A DNA stretch of 64,000 nt, taken from the NCBI RefSeq assembly GCF_018977255.1, contig NW_024704742.1:101744001-101808000 (forward strand), given 5' to 3'. Positions within the stretch are counted from its first letter, which is position 1; each line of letters begins with the position of its first letter. A program made the position numbers and the translations under genes. This DNA comes from Callorhinchus milii. Lineage: Eukaryota. Under the pieces are notes generated by a model, which was not told the origin of the DNA, did no database searches, and saw only the letters and a list, made by a program, of their open reading frames with translations. Below are positions 62,001 through 64,000 of the stretch, in pieces.

Positions 62001-63162
62001 CTCTGAGGATGACACAAAAATATTGCAAAGGGATATTGATAGGCTAGATTAGTCGGCAAGAAGGTGGCAGATGGAATATAATGTGGGGAAGTGTGAAGTT
62101 ATTCACCTAGGTAGTAATAACAGAAAAGCAGATTATTTTCTGGAGGGGGAGAGACTAGATAATGTCAGTGTTCAGAGAGAATTGGGTGTCCTTGTATACC
62201 AGTCACAACAAGTTAGTATGCAGGTACACAAGCAACTAGGAAGGCTAATGGCATGTTGGCGTTTATTGCAAAAGGGTTAAAATACAAGATTAGGGAAGTC
62301 TTGCTGCAACTGTATAAGGCCTTGGTGGGATCGCAGCTAGAATATTGTGTGCAGTTTTGGTCTCCTTATTAAAGAAAGGACATACGCGCCTTAGAGGGGG
62401 TTCACTAAGTAGGTTCACTAAGTTGGTTCCTGGGATGAGGGGGCTGACCTATGAGGATAGGTTGAGTAAACTAGGCCTATATTCTCCAGAATATAGAAGA
62501 ATTAGTGGTGATCTTATAGAAACCTATAAGATTCTTAAGGGTCTTGACAGGGTAGATGCCGTGTGACTGTTTTCCCTGGTTGGAGAATCTAAAACTAGGG
62601 GTCATAGTCTCAAGATTAAGGGACAGCCTTTTCGAACTGAATTGAGGAAACATTTCTTCACTCAGAATTTATGGAATTCTCTACCCCAGAAGGCTGTAGA
62701 TGCTCCTTGAGCATATTCAAGACTGATATTGATAGATTTCTAAAGGATAGAGAGATTAAAGGATAAGGCGAGCAGATGGAGTTAGGTTAGAAGATCAGCC
62801 ATGATCTTACTGAATGGCAGGGCAGGCTCGAGGGGCCGAATGGCCTACTACTGCTCCTAATTCCTATACATACATACAGACACACACAGTGAATATATGG
62901 AGTGGCTGCCAAGCTTTTTATTTTCAATGTAGGGAAAGGTACATCAATGATTTTTTTTGAAAAAAGGAAGTCATTACCTTTGCTATAAAATAATCCCAGA
63001 TACTGAGCTCGGGTGGGATGAACTTCTCTTTATAATTTGGAAGCTCCTGGTTGACAATGGGAGAGGCAGATACCTCAGGTGCTTTGAACTCTCTGCTTTC
63101 TGATTGGGACGTCAAGAGTTTGAAGCGACTGTGACGTTTATCTTCAGGAGGAGCAGCAACCA
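30768..63162 (-). CDS. DMXL1: DmX-like protein 1, 3' part: 16 coding exons; the gene continues beyond the right end of the window
   Basis: Exons splice into one open frame with GT-AG introns. The C-terminus [42 protein letters not shown]...NDVKFIL matches DMXL1 (recalled ...NDVKFML) rather than DMXL2 (recalled ...RILDIL). Confidence 0.95.
31915..32665 (+). mobile_element. Older CR1 3' fragment with internal (TA)n(CA)n
   Basis: [25 protein letters not shown]. Confidence 0.88.
33326..33567 (+). mobile_element. tRNA-head SINE, 5'-truncated
   Basis: Same core and tail as other copies. Confidence 0.9.
33741..34118 (-). mobile_element. Full-length tRNA-head SINE (long type)
   Basis: B box ggttcgattccc on the minus strand; (TTA)n tail. 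Confidence 0.9.
34435..34652 (-). CDS. DMXL1: DMXL1 penultimate exon, 218 nt ([27 protein letters not shown]...[12 protein letters not shown]), WD40
   Basis: Acceptor cattccag|CT, donor AAG|gtatga; phase 1 to 0. Confidence 0.94.
35060..35112 (-). CDS. DMXL1: DMXL1 exon, 53 nt ([17 protein letters not shown]), WD40
   Basis: Acceptor ccctctag|G, donor G|gtaagt; phase 2 to 1. Confidence 0.93.
35262..35262. other. Single N (ambiguous base or collapsed gap)
   Basis: n in the sequence, just before the CR1 starts. Confidence 0.95.
35290..39595 (+). mobile_element. CR1 LINE (about 35290-37222 plus 39507-39595) interrupted in its 3' UTR by an L2
   Basis: [34 protein letters not shown]; the CR1 tail gaagatcagccatg...ggccgaatggcctactcctgctcc resumes after the L2. 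Confidence 0.93.
37230..39506 (+). mobile_element. Young L2 LINE, 5'-truncated, RT nearly intact with a few frameshifts
   Basis: [59 protein letters not shown]; (TTG)n tail. Confidence 0.95.
40687..41073. repeat. Long imperfect inverted repeat, possibly a MITE (arms about 40687-40815 and 40931-41073)
   Basis: The arms align as reverse complements, e.g. atgccagtgg..aagtctcaaaagtt versus aacttttgagactt..ccactggcat. Confidence 0.88.
41145..41236 (-). CDS. DMXL1: DMXL1 exon, 92 nt ([30 protein letters not shown]), WD40
   Basis: Acceptor ttttcag|ACT, donor AG|gtaaga; phase 0 to 2. Confidence 0.94.
41352..41435 (-). CDS. DMXL1: DMXL1 exon, 84 nt ([28 protein letters not shown]), WD40
   Basis: Acceptor ttttaccag|TTC, donor CTG|gtgagc; phase 0 to 0. 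Confidence 0.93.
41792..41919 (-). CDS. DMXL1: DMXL1 exon, 128 nt ([42 protein letters not shown]), WD40
   Basis: Acceptor gatttag|AT, donor AAG|gtaaaa; phase 1 to 0. Confidence 0.94.
42600..44625 (+). mobile_element. L2 LINE with internal deletions
   Basis: [54 protein letters not shown]; tail tatataaatgcaagttgttgttg. Confidence 0.9.
44698..44758 (-). CDS. DMXL1: DMXL1 exon, 61 nt ([20 protein letters not shown])
   Basis: Acceptor ctttggcag|ATG, donor T|gtgagt; phase 0 to 1. Confidence 0.92.
47688..48085 (-). mobile_element. L2 3' fragment
   Basis: [29 protein letters not shown]; same subfamily as 57372-58063. Confidence 0.92.
48390..48908 (+). mobile_element. Penelope-like element 3' remnant with a degenerate hammerhead motif
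   Basis: [18 protein letters not shown] GIY-YIG C-terminal remnant; ctgacaaagggtcgtggacccgaaac; tail gatgctgcctgacctgctgagt. Confidence 0.7.
49071..49440 (+). mobile_element. Full-length tRNA-head SINE (long type)
   Basis: Head, core and tail intact. Confidence 0.9.
49548..49822 (-). mobile_element. CR1 3' end fragment
   Basis: aagaacataagaattaggagcaggagtaggccattcggccc is the reverse CR1 tail. Confidence 0.88.
49988..50129 (-). CDS. DMXL1: DMXL1 exon, 142 nt ([12 protein letters not shown]...[21 protein letters not shown])
   Basis: Acceptor ctcaaag|G, donor GTG|gtgagt; phase 2 to 0. Confidence 0.92.
50493..50611 (-). CDS. DMXL1: DMXL1 exon, 119 nt ([39 protein letters not shown])
   Basis: Acceptor tgttttag|GCT, donor AA|gtacgt; phase 0 to 2. 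Confidence 0.92.
50852..50938 (-). CDS. DMXL1: DMXL1 exon, 87 nt ([29 protein letters not shown])
   Basis: Acceptor ttttctgcag|ATG, donor AAA|gtaagt; phase 0 to 0. Confidence 0.93.
52098..52160 (-). CDS. DMXL1: DMXL1 63-nt exon, probably an alternative cassette ([21 protein letters not shown])
   Basis: Acceptor tgtgtgatgtag|TCA, donor AAG|gtacaa; phase 0 to 0; open frame; resembles the recalled 21-aa optional segment of mammalian DMXL1. Confidence 0.8.
53238..53355 (-). CDS. DMXL1: DMXL1 exon, 118 nt ([39 protein letters not shown])
   Basis: Acceptor ccttatgtag|G, donor GAG|gtctgt; phase 2 to 0. Confidence 0.92.
54561..54880 (-). mobile_element. Full-length tRNA-head SINE (short type, CTCCC loop) inside a CR1
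   Basis: Highly similar to 20934-21255. Confidence 0.92.
55790..56284 (+). mobile_element. Young L2 3' fragment inside a CR1
   Basis: Near-identical to the L2 ends at 39030-39506 and 3302-3785. Confidence 0.93.
56921..57113 (-). CDS. DMXL1: DMXL1 exon, 193 nt ([37 protein letters not shown]...LEPSNTPF)
   Basis: Acceptor catttag|AG, donor AA|gtaagc; phase 1 to 2. Confidence 0.93.
57372..58063 (-). mobile_element. L2 3' fragment
   Basis: [31 protein letters not shown]. Confidence 0.93.
58149..58234 (-). CDS. DMXL1: DMXL1 exon, 86 nt ([28 protein letters not shown])
   Basis: Acceptor gttcag|C, donor G|gtaaga; phase 2 to 1. Confidence 0.93.
59548..59678 (-). CDS. DMXL1: DMXL1 exon, 131 nt ([28 protein letters not shown]...EHSNPNSF)
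   Basis: Acceptor tttttctag|CCC, donor AG|gtactc; phase 0 to 2; acidic tract. Confidence 0.92.
60275..62870 (+). mobile_element. CR1 LINE (endonuclease to 3' end), degenerate, with a ~60-bp L2 tail inserted at about 61850-61908
   Basis: [51 protein letters not shown]1 tail at 62790-62865. Confidence 0.93.
62978..63162 (-). CDS. DMXL1: DMXL1 exon, 185 nt ([16 protein letters not shown]...[13 protein letters not shown])
   Basis: Acceptor tttacag|TG, donor AAG|gtaatg; phase 1 to 0. Confidence 0.93.
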
Positions 63163-63599
63163 CTGTAAATGAAGCATTGAATGAAAAATGTGTAATGTGT
63201 TCCTTCAGTTATTGGCCTTCTTATACTGAGAACCATTTACATCACAAAACAGGCAGAATTTATGGATCTAATTCCGTAATATAGTAATCCATTTTTCTTT
63301 TTAAACAGACAGGCTCTCATTAACAATAATATTAATGAAGGCATACGTGAGTAATAACAGTTTAAAAGATTTCTCCAGTTTTCTAAATCAAACACATGAA
63401 AACTCCTTATGCATACAGCACAATAAATGTACAGCCTAAGGTGAAGCTCATTCATAGCCAAACCTGTTAATTTGAGGTAAATGCAAGCACATTGGATATA
63501 AACTCCATTCCACAGCAGACAGAAACACAGTCTTGATTGTATACCATTTAACATATGTTTATGGATTACAGTTAATTTTATAATCAGAATAATATTCAC

Positions 63600-63960
63600 A
63601 AACAGGAACATAGGAAAACAGGAGAAGGCTATTTAACCAGTTGAGCACATTCTACCAGTTTATCAGATCTTGGCAGATCTTCTAATCCCAATAACCATTC
63701 TTTCATCACACCACTCAATACCTCTAATACCCAAGTGTCTATGTGTCCTTTAAATATCTCTATTGATTCCACCTGTGCAGCTTTCTGGGGCAGAGCATTC
63801 CATACCTTTACATAAGAACATAAGAAATGCGAGATGAAAAAAAGACTAAGGTCCATCTAGTTCACCTTCAGGTGGTTGTAAAGGCAGTTTACAACACTCT
63901 GTGTGAAGAAACACTTCTTAACTGCAATTCCAGGAGTCTTGGTTCTGTTTTTATGGTTAT
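63600..63960 (-). mobile_element. Degraded CR1 3' fragments; another old CR1 lies at about 58830-59500 (-)
   Basis: VKVWNALPQKA, cataagaacataagaa tail. Confidence 0.7.
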
Positions 63961-64000
63961 TTCTCTATGTAGTGGTCCTACTACCAAAGGGAAGAACTGA

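Overview
Vertebrate genomic DNA, most likely from a cartilaginous fish and possibly a holocephalan. This is inferred from the CR1/L2/tRNA-Deu-SINE/Penelope repeat mix. The only protein-coding gene I can support is the 3' part of DMXL1 (Rabconnectin-3 alpha family, WD40) on the minus strand. I reconstructed 16 exons by hand between 63162 and the TGA at 30768-30770. All introns are GT-AG and all phases are compatible (1994 coding nt, about 663 aa). One exon is a 63-nt frame-preserving exon missed by the ORF track. A long AT-rich 3' UTR probably runs to about 26.2 kb. Positions 1-26 kb hold no recognisable coding exon, but there is a CpG-rich candidate promoter/first exon at about 20.2-20.7 kb, possibly TNFAIP8 by synteny. 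Most other ORFs in the track are LINE fragments or low-complexity artefacts. I found no convincing new multi-gene system. The best second-look items are a 91-bp patchwork templated insertion, the 63-nt cassette exon, a degenerate Penelope hammerhead ribozyme, SINE subfamilies sharing the stem-loop of a young L2, a long inverted repeat beside an exon, and opposed C-rich/G-rich arrays. Repeat family names and human comparisons are from memory and were not searched. Repeat boundaries are approximate.
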